Source: a virus
Taxonomy: Duplodnaviria > Caudoviricetes
DNA length: 64,000 bases
Virus record (IMG/VR): IMGVR_UViG_3300024346_000030
Coordinates: 22,968 to 86,967 of that record
Strand: one strand, 5' to 3'
The position numbers were made by a program, and so were the translations under genes. Positions 29,016 to 38,272 of this stretch are shown here, piece after piece; the first letter of the stretch is position 1, and each line of letters starts with the position of its first letter. The notes under the pieces are model-generated. The model was not told where the DNA came from and did no database searches. It worked only from the letters and a program-made list of their open reading frames with translations.

Positions 29016-30033
29016 ACCAATAACAACATTATCAGCTAGCAGAATCAAGACAGCAGAGAGTTGTTCCTGGTTGTATTGGGCTAAGTATAAATTAAAACTT
29101 CCAGACAGGAGTAATGATGGGGCTAGGAGGGGTTCTATATGCCACTTAATCTTTGAGGTGCTCGGTGAAAAAAGAAGAAGACATTATTTCGACGAGATCG
29201 TAAGAACGCTTGACGTATTTAGCGTACCTTCTATTAAAAGGTTGATCATGAAACACGCTATCAGAGAAGGCGTAGATGATGAAGATAATGTTCAAATGAT
29301 GAAGGAAATGACCCTCAATGGTTTGATGTATGATTTCTTTGGAAACACTGATCAAGAGCCCACTGAAGAACATTCTGAGAAAGACTTCCATATTGTAGTT
29401 AATGATGGAACTGTTAAATATAAAATAAGAGGTTTTATCGACAAGCTGTTCTTATACAAAGACAAAAAGTTTGCCTTGATTAGAGACTTTAAAACCAGTA
29501 AGGAAACATTTAAAGGTAAAGATGCAGAGGACAACATGCAAGACCTTATGTATAGCCTCGCTGTAAAGCATTTATTCCCAGAGTACGAGACAAAACAAAG
29601 TGAATTCTTGTTCTTGAAGTTTGACTTGATTCCAGATGTCAAAAAAAGCGGTATTGTTAGGATGGAGCCTCTTGATGAGCATGATCTTCACGGTTTTGAA
29701 CACCACTTAACAGAGATACAAAAATATCTAGACAACTTCAATGAGGAGTCTGCCACTAAAAACATGGCTGCATATAAAGGTTTTCCTAGTGATGGATCAT
29801 TTAGCTGTAAACTTCTTTGTGGTTTTGCCAAGGAAAAAGGACAACTTAAGAAAGATGGTTCGCCAATGTGGCATTGCGGAATGAAGTTTGACTTCTTTTA
29901 TTATGACATTAAGGACGCGGAAGGTAACTTTTACAAGTCTTGTTTTGATGATGAGTTTTCTGAGGATCTAGTTCCAGAAGGAGGTACTTATGAAATGAAA
30001 TATTATGCAGGATGCCCAGCACATTCTTCTTGA
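29008..30033 (+). CDS. Cas4/RecB-like PD-(D/E)XK exonuclease
   Basis: LSASRI..A..C, RGFIDKL, IRDFKTS and several C-terminal Cys (possible Fe-S cluster). Confidence 0.8.
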   Translation: MSEPITTLSASRIKTAESCSWLYWAKYKLKLPDRSNDGARRGSICHLIFEVLGEKRRRHYFDEIVRTLDVFSVPSIKRLIMKHAIREGVDDEDNVQMMKEMTLNGLMYDFFGNTDQEPTEEHSEKDFHIVVNDGTVKYKIRGFIDKLFLYKDKKFALIRDFKTSKETFKGKDAEDNMQDLMYSLAVKHLFPEYETKQSEFLFLKFDLIPDVKKSGIVRMEPLDEHDLHGFEHHLTEIQKYLDNFNEESATKNMAAYKGFPSDGSFSCKLLCGFAKEKGQLKKDGSPMWHCGMKFDFFYYDIKDAEGNFYKSCFDDEFSEDLVPEGGTYEMKYYAGCPAHSS

Positions 30034-30058
30034 CTTTTTTATATTATGATGTTACCAT
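30030..30058 (+). promoter_or_regulatory. Sigma70-like promoter TTGACT-N17-TACCAT, 6 nt before the ATG at 30065, with an 8-bp inverted repeat over the -10 box
   Basis: TTATGATG-ttac-CATCATAA at 30044-30063. Confidence 0.6.
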
Positions 30059-30064
30059 CATAAC

Positions 30065-30778
30065 ATGATCAAGCCCATATTTAAGTCGACATACTCTACA
30101 GGTAAGAGTATATTGACTCTAGATGAGATAATAGATATCTGCGATGAAGGAGACATGAATAATGTCACCATCGTTGAGGATAACTTAACCAGCTTTATGA
30201 AAGCTTTTCACTTGTGCAAACAAAGAGGAAAAGACCTAACTTATGGCCTTAGGATTACTCTTTGTAATGAAGACCTAGAAGATGATTCTGATCATAAGGC
30301 CGTGATATTCGCAATGAATGATTTAGGCTGCAAACTCCTAAATAAGATATACTCTTTGGCTTTTGTCGAGAACGGCGGAAAGCTTACTTATAAGGATTTG
30401 AAATCATTTTGGGATAATGAATCCTTATGTTTTGTGGTCCCTTTTTATGACAGCTTTATACATCAGAACAACCTTTATTTAAAGAACTGTATTCCAGACC
30501 TGGAGGGGTTAAATCCTAGGTTTTGGGTTGAGAATAACAACTTACCTTATGATCGCCTTATTTGTCAAAAAGTTTTAGAGTATGCGGAAGACTGTTATGA
30601 CATGAGTCATGTTAAGTCTATATACTATAAGAACAAAGAAGATGTAGAAGCTCTGCAGACTTACAAAATTCTCTGCAATAGAACATTTGGTAGGCAAGCT
30701 ACATTATCATGCCCTAACCTAAGCCACTTCTCTAGCGATGAGTTTTGCTGGGAATCATATAAAGAATTATCAAAATGA
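30065..30778 (+). CDS. Stand-alone PHP domain of DNA polymerase III alpha (degenerate)
   Basis: PIFKSTYSTGKSIL (HxHxxYS-like), EDNLTSF, YGLRI, IFAMN..G.K.L.KIYS.A and NNLPYD match the DnaE N-terminal PHP layout. Confidence 0.75.
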   Translation: MIKPIFKSTYSTGKSILTLDEIIDICDEGDMNNVTIVEDNLTSFMKAFHLCKQRGKDLTYGLRITLCNEDLEDDSDHKAVIFAMNDLGCKLLNKIYSLAFVENGGKLTYKDLKSFWDNESLCFVVPFYDSFIHQNNLYLKNCIPDLEGLNPRFWVENNNLPYDRLICQKVLEYAEDCYDMSHVKSIYYKNKEDVEALQTYKILCNRTFGRQATLSCPNLSHFSSDEFCWESYKELSK

Positions 30779-31404
30779 ACGAACTATTAAGATTCAATAG
30801 AAAGCAAAAATATATAATCTTCGACACTGAAACCGAAGGTTTAAATTTAGTAAAGTCAAAACCATGGCAAGCTGCCTGGATCGTTGCTGAAGGCAGCAAG
30901 GTCATCAAGAAATATGACAAGCTCATCAAGTGGGACGATCTTAAAGTCTCTAAGGATGCTGCAAGAATAACAGGTTTTGACAAAAAAAATTATGAAGACA
31001 ACGCAGAAGACCCAAGGTCTGTATGGAATGAATTTTCAAAATATCTTTTTGACGACTCCTATTTAATAGTTGGCCAGAACCTACTAGGCTTTGATGTTTA
31101 TATGATAGATGTATGGAGAAAGCTTATTGGAGAGCCTCTGAATCAAGACTATATTAATAGAATCATTGACACTAAAGCAATTGCTACGGCCATTGCTAAG
31201 GAGTCTCCAGTAGACAAAGCTAATTTTATTTACTGGCAATACAGGTGGCTTAATTATAGAGAAAGAGGACTTAAAACATCTCAATTGACATTGCTTAAAA
31301 AATACGGCATTGACTTTGATCAAAAGAGATTGCATGATGCACTTTACGACATTGAAATGAACCTTGAGATTTTTCACAAACAACTTTACGATATTGAATT
31401 ATGA
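30775..31404 (+). CDS. dnaQ: DEDDh 3'-5' exonuclease (Pol III epsilon-like)
   Basis: ExoI FDTETEG, ExoII GQNLLGFD, ExoIII LHDALYD. Confidence 0.85.
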   Translation: MNELLRFNRKQKYIIFDTETEGLNLVKSKPWQAAWIVAEGSKVIKKYDKLIKWDDLKVSKDAARITGFDKKNYEDNAEDPRSVWNEFSKYLFDDSYLIVGQNLLGFDVYMIDVWRKLIGEPLNQDYINRIIDTKAIATAIAKESPVDKANFIYWQYRWLNYRERGLKTSQLTLLKKYGIDFDQKRLHDALYDIEMNLEIFHKQLYDIEL

Positions 31405-33944
31405 GATATGAAAACCCATTCCCAGTAGGGGTCAAGCTACCAGAGATTAGCGTACCAGACAACACACTAGAATCACTTGGTTTAAAGAACGGAAGCTCCA
31501 GCTTAGAAATATTGAAACAGCTTTGCAGAAAGGGTCTTAGAGATAAGCTTCTTATCGAAGCCGAAAACAGAAAAGATTATTATGATCGAGTCCAGATGGA
31601 AATCGACATTTTAGATGACCTTGGTTTTGTAGATTATATACTCCTTAACTGGGATATTATGGATTACTGTCAGAGAAGCGGTATTCCTACTGGTGCTGGC
31701 AGGGGAAGTGCTGCTGGTAGTTTAGTTCTTTTTCTTCTTGGTGTAACAAACATTGACCCTATTAAATATGAATTATTTTTTGAGAGATTCGTCTCTAAAA
31801 GCAGAGCCAGAAAAATTGAGCATAACGGAGAAGTCTTTCTTGACGGTTCTCTACTTGCTGACATTGATAACGATATTTCTTATGATAGGAGGGCTGAAGT
31901 TATTAAGTATATTGAAGATAAGTACGAAGGTAGAACCTCCAAAATCTTAACACTTAACACACTAAGTTCCAAGCTCTGTATGAAAGAGTGCGGTAAGATT
32001 ATCGGCGAACTATCTGAAATGGAAGTAAACCAAATTAGCGATACAATACCAAAGCACTTTGGCAAGGTTGTAAAACTAGATGTGGCTTATGAAGAAAGTG
32101 AAGCCTTTAAGGTTTTCGCTGACAAGCATGAAAAATCCTACAAAATAGCAAAAAAGCTAGAAGGTTTAATTAAGAATACTGGCGTTCACCCTTCTGGTAT
32201 ATCAATCAGTTATTACAACCAAGGGGACATAATGCCGCTACAAAAAACAAACGATGGAGCTTTGGTTTCAGGTTATGATATGGACGATGTAGCCAGTCTT
32301 AGTGTTAAGTTCGATATACTCGGACTGAGGACGCTTTCGGTTGTTAATGATACTTGTAACCAATTAGGCATTAAGGCCTCTGACATCGACCCAGGGCACG
32401 AAAGCATCTATGCTGCGTTAGCTTGTCTCCAACAACCCAAAGGATTGTTTCAGATTGAGGCGGATGTAAACTTCAAGGTTTGCAAACAAGTTTCGCCCAG
32501 AAACCTAGAGCAGCTTTCAGCTGTTGTTGCTATTGCAAGACCTGGAGCGTTGGATTTTAAAGACATGTATGCTGATTATGTCAGAACAGGAGAGTTTAAT
32601 TGTGTGCATGAGTTCTTTGATGATATACTTAGTTATACTGGAGGCATTCCTCTTTACCAAGAGCAGTTGATGAAGATGGCTGTTAAGGTTGGTTTTAGCC
32701 TAGACGAGTCCGAACAGCTTCGAAGGATAGTTGGAAAAAAGAAGGTAGAAGATATGCCAGCTTGGAAAGCCAAGATTGAAGAGAAAATCAAGGAAAAAAA
32801 TCTAGACCCAGTTATAGGAGATGTTTTATGGAAAGTGGCAGAAGATTCTGCTAACTACTCCTTCAACAAGTCTCATAGTATTTCTTACGCATATCTAGCA
32901 GCTATAACAGTCTACCTTAAATTCAACCACCCTCAAGAATTCTTCCTCAGTCTTCTCAAGATGGCTAGGTTTGAGCCAAATTCACACGAAGAGATTGCTA
33001 AGATATCTCAAGAGCTTTCGTTTTTTGACGTAACTCTATTACCTCCAGATTTGAATCTTTCAGACTTTGACTTTAAAATTGAAGGAAAGAACATAAGGTA
33101 TGGGTTAAATTCCATCAAGGGTGTTTCTGGTAAAATTATTGAATCATTAATTGAGTTTAGGGAGAATAACTTTGAAAACAAGTATGATGTTTTCTCAGCT
33201 GCAAAAGATTGTGGCGTAAACATCGGTACAATGTCAGCGTTCGTACAGGCTGGTCTATTAGATTCTTTTGTAACCACTGACCGTTGTCGATTAGTTCTTG
33301 AGGCTCAGAGCTTCAACATACTAACTGACAGAGAAAAAAGAAACATAATAGAGGTTGGTGATCGTTTTAATTACGACGTACTAAACACGATACAACATTT
33401 TAGAAGTGATAACGCTCCAGCTGATGATGGCAAGCTTCTATTCACTGACAGAAGGTTCGGGACATTCAAAAAGAAATATGACCAATATAAAAATATTTAT
33501 AAACAGAATTCTAGCCACATTAAGTTTGCTAATTGGCATTTTGAGACTCAATTGCTGGGTTACAGTTACTCATATAACATAAGGGAGATATTCACAAGCG
33601 GAGACGAAGCTACATTGAATACATCAGAACAAGTTAGAAACAGTTCCGACAGACAAAGAATTAAGTTCGTTGGTCAGGTAACAGACATTACAAAAAGAAC
33701 AAGTCGAAACGGCAATAAATATGCTAGAATTGAAATGCAAGATGAGCTAGGTCCTATTTGTGGATTGTTTTTAGACTCAGATAGAGAAGAAAGGTTGACA
33801 GACTATCTAAACTCTGGTAAAAAGTTACCTACCAAAGGTAGTATTGCAATAATAACTGGCAGTGCTGGTGACGATATAATCTTTGTAGATAAGATAAAAA
33901 CAATAGAAGAGAAAATATATATGAAACTTTCCGAACTAAAATGA
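31401..33944 (+). CDS. dnaE: DNA polymerase III alpha catalytic core lacking PHP
   Basis: GAGRGSAAGSLV.FLLGVT.IDP, ADIDND, HPSG, KFDILGLRTL, YQEQLM, YSFNKSHS and C-terminal OB fold. Confidence 0.95.
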   Translation: MRYENPFPVGVKLPEISVPDNTLESLGLKNGSSSLEILKQLCRKGLRDKLLIEAENRKDYYDRVQMEIDILDDLGFVDYILLNWDIMDYCQRSGIPTGAGRGSAAGSLVLFLLGVTNIDPIKYELFFERFVSKSRARKIEHNGEVFLDGSLLADIDNDISYDRRAEVIKYIEDKYEGRTSKILTLNTLSSKLCMKECGKIIGELSEMEVNQISDTIPKHFGKVVKLDVAYEESEAFKVFADKHEKSYKIAKKLEGLIKNTGVHPSGISISYYNQGDIMPLQKTNDGALVSGYDMDDVASLSVKFDILGLRTLSVVNDTCNQLGIKASDIDPGHESIYAALACLQQPKGLFQIEADVNFKVCKQVSPRNLEQLSAVVAIARPGALDFKDMYADYVRTGEFNCVHEFFDDILSYTGGIPLYQEQLMKMAVKVGFSLDESEQLRRIVGKKKVEDMPAWKAKIEEKIKEKNLDPVIGDVLWKVAEDSANYSFNKSHSISYAYLAAITVYLKFNHPQEFFLSLLKMARFEPNSHEEIAKISQELSFFDVTLLPPDLNLSDFDFKIEGKNIRYGLNSIKGVSGKIIESLIEFRENNFENKYDVFSAAKDCGVNIGTMSAFVQAGLLDSFVTTDRCRLVLEAQSFNILTDREKRNIIEVGDRFNYDVLNTIQHFRSDNAPADDGKLLFTDRRFGTFKKKYDQYKNIYKQNSSHIKFANWHFETQLLGYSYSYNIREIFTSGDEATLNTSEQVRNSSDRQRIKFVGQVTDITKRTSRNGNKYARIEMQDELGPICGLFLDSDREERLTDYLNSGKKLPTKGSIAIITGSAGDDIIFVDKIKTIEEKIYMKLSELK

Positions 33945-36379
33945 GTGTAGATAATAATGTGATATTTCAAGATTTCAACCTTACCCCTAGGGCGAAAAAA
34001 GCATACTCGGACGCCAAACAAATATCTGAAGAGTTTGGCCACAAAACCATAAACAACTTACATATAATGTATGGTTGCCTAAAAAACATGTCTAAAGATT
34101 TAGACGACTATCTTTTTGATAATGGTTATGTGTTGTCTCACGAAGATGTAAAAGATAGCTTTAGTTTTGCAGTTTTAAATGAAAAAGATAAATTTTATAG
34201 TAACAAAAACTCAGAGATATGGCACAAAGAAGTAGTTGACTCAATAAAAGAATCTAACAGAATATCAAAAAAACACGGACAGCATTATATTAGCATAGAG
34301 CATGTTGTGTGTGCTATATCATCTACATCCTCGTATATATTTGAATACATAGACGATTTCTTTGATTGTAAAGGCTTTCATCAAGTACTTTCTCAATTTA
34401 TCAATGAGGAGCATTACAACCCCGATGAAATTGAGCAAGACTTAGATCAAAGCGTAAACCTAGAAAGCATAGAAAATTTACTTGCTGAAAATTTTGAGCC
34501 TTTATCTATACCAGATTTTGTATCAAACATGAATCTCCTTTATATTGATGGTAAGGTTGATGATGTTCATGGTAGGGAAGAAGAGGTTACGTCTTTAGTA
34601 GAAACATTATCCAAGAAGAATAAATGTAACGCTATACTTACTGGTGATCCAGGTGTTGGCAAGACTGCCATTATAGAAGCTTTGGTTAAAAAAGTATGCG
34701 ATGGTGATGTTCCAGCAAACCTACTTAATATAGAAATCTTAAGTGTAGATTTAGGCGCTATGATTTCAGGAACTCAATACAGAGGTCAGTTCGAAGAAAA
34801 ATTCAAGTCGTTATTGAACATGGCTAAAAGCAATCCATCTATAGTTTTGTTTTTTGATGAGATACATACTATCTTCGGAACAGGAGGAAACAACCAGGAG
34901 GGCAGCCTGGATGCCGCCAACATGTTGAAACCACTTCTAGCAAGGGGCGAGATCAGGTGTGTCGGAGCGACCACTACAGACGAATACAGGAAGATATTCG
35001 AAAAAGATGGAGCTATAAAAAGAAGATTCTTAAATATTGACGTTTTAGAGCCCAGTAAAGATGAGACCAAGCATATCTTATATAACTGCAAGAAGAAGTA
35101 TGAAAAATTTCATGGTGTTTATTTCAGAAAAGACACAATAGATCACATTGTAGATCTTTGTGATTTATTCTTAACAAACAAGAAGTTTCCAGATAAGGCT
35201 TTTGATGTTCTGGATTTAGTGGCTGCTAAAGTAAAGATAGCTAACTTAGAACCAACATCTGTAATCAAAGACGCACATAAAGGTTTTGTTTCTGACATAT
35301 CCAAAAAAAACATTAGCGAATCAGAGATAAGAGAAACTTTCAAAGACTTCATGCAAACGCTAGAAGGTTTTAGTCAAAACAAAAATAAGAAAGCATCATT
35401 GGTTAAGAAGAAAGATGTTACAAACTTAATTTCTAAAATGGCTAAAGTGTCTATAAATGAATTATCAAATCAAAAAAACAGCTTTGATAAGTTTGTAAAC
35501 AAGATGTCGTCGGAGGTTTTTGGTCAAAAAGAAGTAATAGAAGAAGTTAATAACCTCTTATCTTGTTGTAAGGTTGGCTTACACGACGAACAAAAACCAT
35601 TGGCTAGTATGTTTTTTGTAGGCCCAACAAGTGTTGGCAAAACATACACAGCAAAGAAAATAGCAAAACACTATTTTGGCAACGAAAAAGCTTTCTTGCA
35701 GATAAATATGAGTGAGCTTTACGACAAGACAGGGATTAGCAAACTTATTGGTTCTAATTCTGGTTATGTTGGTTATGAGAACGGGGGTTTATTAACTAAC
35801 TTCGTGAAAGATAACCCAAACTGTGTTATATTATTTGACGAAGCTGAAAAAGCTGACCCACAAATTCTCAATATACTCCTGCAGATACTTGACGAGGGTT
35901 ATATAGAAGATAGCAAAAACAATAAAATAAACTTTTCAAAATCAATAATAATATTCACAAGCAATGCTGGTCATGACTTAGTGACAAAGAAGACCATGGG
36001 TTTTATTGAGGAGGAGGTTAACGCAAATAAAACTTACGTATCCTCTGTCAAAAAATATCTAAAACCAGAACTTGTTGCTCGCATAGATAAAGTCATGGCG
36101 TTCAATTCTATAGGTGAAAATGAATTTAAAATGATAATAAAGAGAGAGCTTCAAATCATAAAAGAAAAACTTGCGAAAATAAACATCAAATTTAATTTCA
36201 ATGACTCAACAATTAAATCCTTAAAACAACAAATGGAAGATAAAAATTTCCATGCCAGAGAAATAAACTCTTTCATAAAAGAAAAGGTAAAAGTTCCAAT
36301 TTCCAAGTTCCTTGTCAAAAATAAAAACATTCGAAAATTATCTATAAAACATGTTGACAATGATACGAAGGTGTGTTAA
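33941..36379 (+). CDS. clpC: ClpA/ClpC-like AAA+ unfoldase
   Basis: Clp N-domain (LTPRAKKA...HIMYG; YISIEHV), NBD1 GDPGVGKT, GTQYRGQFEE, FFDEIH, NBD2 GPTSVGKT, LFDEAEK, and a ClpP-docking-type MGF loop at 35996-36004. Confidence 0.88.
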   Translation: MSVDNNVIFQDFNLTPRAKKAYSDAKQISEEFGHKTINNLHIMYGCLKNMSKDLDDYLFDNGYVLSHEDVKDSFSFAVLNEKDKFYSNKNSEIWHKEVVDSIKESNRISKKHGQHYISIEHVVCAISSTSSYIFEYIDDFFDCKGFHQVLSQFINEEHYNPDEIEQDLDQSVNLESIENLLAENFEPLSIPDFVSNMNLLYIDGKVDDVHGREEEVTSLVETLSKKNKCNAILTGDPGVGKTAIIEALVKKVCDGDVPANLLNIEILSVDLGAMISGTQYRGQFEEKFKSLLNMAKSNPSIVLFFDEIHTIFGTGGNNQEGSLDAANMLKPLLARGEIRCVGATTTDEYRKIFEKDGAIKRRFLNIDVLEPSKDETKHILYNCKKKYEKFHGVYFRKDTIDHIVDLCDLFLTNKKFPDKAFDVLDLVAAKVKIANLEPTSVIKDAHKGFVSDISKKNISESEIRETFKDFMQTLEGFSQNKNKKASLVKKKDVTNLISKMAKVSINELSNQKNSFDKFVNKMSSEVFGQKEVIEEVNNLLSCCKVGLHDEQKPLASMFFVGPTSVGKTYTAKKIAKHYFGNEKAFLQINMSELYDKTGISKLIGSNSGYVGYENGGLLTNFVKDNPNCVILFDEAEKADPQILNILLQILDEGYIEDSKNNKINFSKSIIIFTSNAGHDLVTKKTMGFIEEEVNANKTYVSSVKKYLKPELVARIDKVMAFNSIGENEFKMIIKRELQIIKEKLAKINIKFNFNDSTIKSLKQQMEDKNFHAREINSFIKEKVKVPISKFLVKNKNIRKLSIKHVDNDTKVC

Positions 36380-36382
36380 TAT
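36354..36382 (+). promoter_or_regulatory. Sigma70-like promoter TTGACA-N17-TAATAT (TGn-extended), 6 nt before the ATG at 36389
   Basis: Seen directly. Confidence 0.6.
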
Positions 36383-36388
36383 ATGCTC

Positions 36389-36616
36389 ATGAATAAAACA
36401 ACGCAAAACAAAATCATGAAGGCAATCCGATCAAGCAAAGGCCGCTTCTTTGGTCTCTATACCAAAAGTGGAGAGTCCCTAAATGCACAATTTGTTTCCG
36501 AGACCCCTCAGTATGTGACTGTATATGACAGAAACAACAGCAAAAAAAGGAAGTTTGCAAAAACAAGCCTTTGTGCTCTAAGGTTGAAGAACGAGAAGAT
36601 TGGTAAGCTAGTATAG
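36389..36616 (+). CDS. Small basic hypothetical protein
   Basis: MNKTTQNKIMKAIRSSKGRFFGLYTK...; the second ATG is preferred because of the promoter spacing. Confidence 0.65.
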   Translation: MNKTTQNKIMKAIRSSKGRFFGLYTKSGESLNAQFVSETPQYVTVYDRNNSKKRKFAKTSLCALRLKNEKIGKLV

Positions 36617-36631
36617 ATTTGAATTAACGGT

Positions 36632-36660
36632 TTGAAAAACCACAGCCCTGCCCGTATAAT
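36632..36660 (+). promoter_or_regulatory. Sigma70-like promoter TTGAAA-N17-TATAAT, 6 nt before the ATG at 36667
   Basis: Near-consensus boxes with ideal spacing. Confidence 0.7.
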
Positions 36661-36666
36661 AATTGA

Positions 36667-37746
36667 ATGAACGCACACCAATTATTTGCTGGCAGGGCTT
36701 ATGTTTTTAATGAGTTTAGCGAATTGCTGACTGACTCAGCAGAGTTTTTGCTTATAGAGAAGTTATCGCAACGTTTTAAGATACCTTTCTCATTATTCTC
36801 TGCGGAAACTCTAGGTGGAACGGAAGATTTCGATATTTACAAGTTAAATAGTTTAGGTAAAAACTACCTACTTAAAATTTCTTTTGACAGTTCTAGCGCG
36901 CAGATGATAAACGAGTCAAACATATTAAAGAACAATGAATCAATCACAATACAGAAACACGTTGATTCAGGTGAGGTTTCTGTAGGTCAACCCTTGAGGT
37001 TTATCCTTACCGAGCTTGACGATTTTGGTAGCCTTGAAGATTACGGGGTCAGTTTCCCAATTTCACGTATTGGCTCTTTACTTGCTTCATTCAACACTTA
37101 TACATCTCTAAAAGGCGGTTTCAGCTTCCAAGAATATTGTTCTAAATTACTCGACAAGATAGACCCAAATAAATGGTCCACCTTCGTCAGAGGTTCTGTA
37201 TTTTCTTTTTACGAATACAAAAAGATAATGTCAGTATACGAAAGCCTTCTTAAAGAAATGAATTCTTTAAGGACTGAGGATTTTTTAAATAGTGACAAAC
37301 TCATAAACCCAAACATAGGTCCAGAGAATATAAGTTCTAATGGAACTATTTTTAGGTTCTTAGACTGCAGCGATTCCTTTAGGTCTAGCAGCATACTGGG
37401 TTTATGCTTTATTTGTATAAACTATGGCTTAAAAAAGAAAGCAAGAAAAAAACTATTCAAGTTGTATTGTGATATTGAAAAAATAGAATACAAAGACATC
37501 AAACAGGAACTCAAAAAAAGCATGAAAGTTGCTTGTTGTATTTTCTTGTTTGATTCCTTTTATAAATTCATAATAGAAGAGTGTATTTTTGAATCATCAA
37601 GACCCAAAAAAATAATAGGTCTGAACTTAACCCTTTCGAATTGCTTTGATATTTGCTCTTGTTTAGATTGTTACGAAGATATACGATTACCAATCAAAGA
37701 AATGTTCATTAGGCCTATAATTGAAGATTCAGAAGACCGTATTTAA
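36667..37746 (+). CDS. APH/choline kinase-like fold, probably a pseudokinase
   Basis: LGGTEDFDIYKL....YLLKIS N-lobe. Catalytic-loop position reads LINPNIGPENI (HGD absent), followed by RFLD. Confidence 0.5.
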   Translation: MNAHQLFAGRAYVFNEFSELLTDSAEFLLIEKLSQRFKIPFSLFSAETLGGTEDFDIYKLNSLGKNYLLKISFDSSSAQMINESNILKNNESITIQKHVDSGEVSVGQPLRFILTELDDFGSLEDYGVSFPISRIGSLLASFNTYTSLKGGFSFQEYCSKLLDKIDPNKWSTFVRGSVFSFYEYKKIMSVYESLLKEMNSLRTEDFLNSDKLINPNIGPENISSNGTIFRFLDCSDSFRSSSILGLCFICINYGLKKKARKKLFKLYCDIEKIEYKDIKQELKKSMKVACCIFLFDSFYKFIIEECIFESSRPKKIIGLNLTLSNCFDICSCLDCYEDIRLPIKEMFIRPIIEDSEDRI

Positions 37747-37769
37747 ATTAAGCATTTCAAATATTTATA

Positions 37770-37797
37770 TAGAATTTCTATTGATTTAATTTATCAT
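37770..37797 (+). promoter_or_regulatory. Possible sigma70-like promoter TAGAAT-N16-TATCAT, 7 nt before the ATG at 37805
   Basis: Weaker match in an AT-rich gap. Confidence 0.35.
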
Positions 37798-37804
37798 AGT
37801 TTAT

Positions 37805-38272
37805 ATGATAAACTTCTACAAACCTAACTCGAAGAACTCAGGAAGCGCTTTTGGATTCAGACTTGGAATACAGGGCAAAAGCGAAGAGCCTTGTCTGTAT
37901 ATGACGGCAGTCAAACAATTTTCCTGGGACTCGAACAAAAAAAGTGGATCTTTTTCCAACAACTCAAAAGACCCAGACAAATCAGCAAGTGTTAAATTTA
38001 ATGAAACAGAATTAGGAGGTTTTATATATGCCATAGAAAACTATGAAAAGTTTAGTGCTTTCCATAGTTACGATCAAAACTCAACATCCATATCTCTATC
38101 TCCCTACAAAAAATCTGATGGCACAAAAGCTTTTTCATTCTCACTAACAAGAAACTCTTCAAACAAGTTTGGGTTGGGACTTGAGATGTCTGAGGCCTAT
38201 CTTATTTCCGAGTACTTTAAATTTGTCCTTAAAGAACTATTTATATTTAGAACAAACTCCCAGAAAAAATGA
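37805..38272 (+). CDS. Conserved-looking hypothetical protein, possibly PC4/Whirly-like ssDNA-binding
   Basis: Repeated beta-beta-helix pattern (LYMTAVKQFSWD..VKFNETELGGF; FSFSLTR..FGLGLEMSEAYLI). The fold guess is inference. Confidence 0.45.
   Translation: MINFYKPNSKNSGSAFGFRLGIQGKSEEPCLYMTAVKQFSWDSNKKSGSFSNNSKDPDKSASVKFNETELGGFIYAIENYEKFSAFHSYDQNSTSISLSPYKKSDGTKAFSFSLTRNSSNKFGLGLEMSEAYLISEYFKFVLKELFIFRTNSQKK

Noticed and set aside
29008-30033. Cas4 as part of a CRISPR system
   Set aside because: No cas1/cas2 or array nearby; the context is a replication operon, typical of solo phage exonucleases.
33941-36379. ClpB disaggregase call
   Set aside because: It lacks the long coiled-coil M-domain and carries an IGF-type (MGF) loop, which fits ClpA/ClpC.
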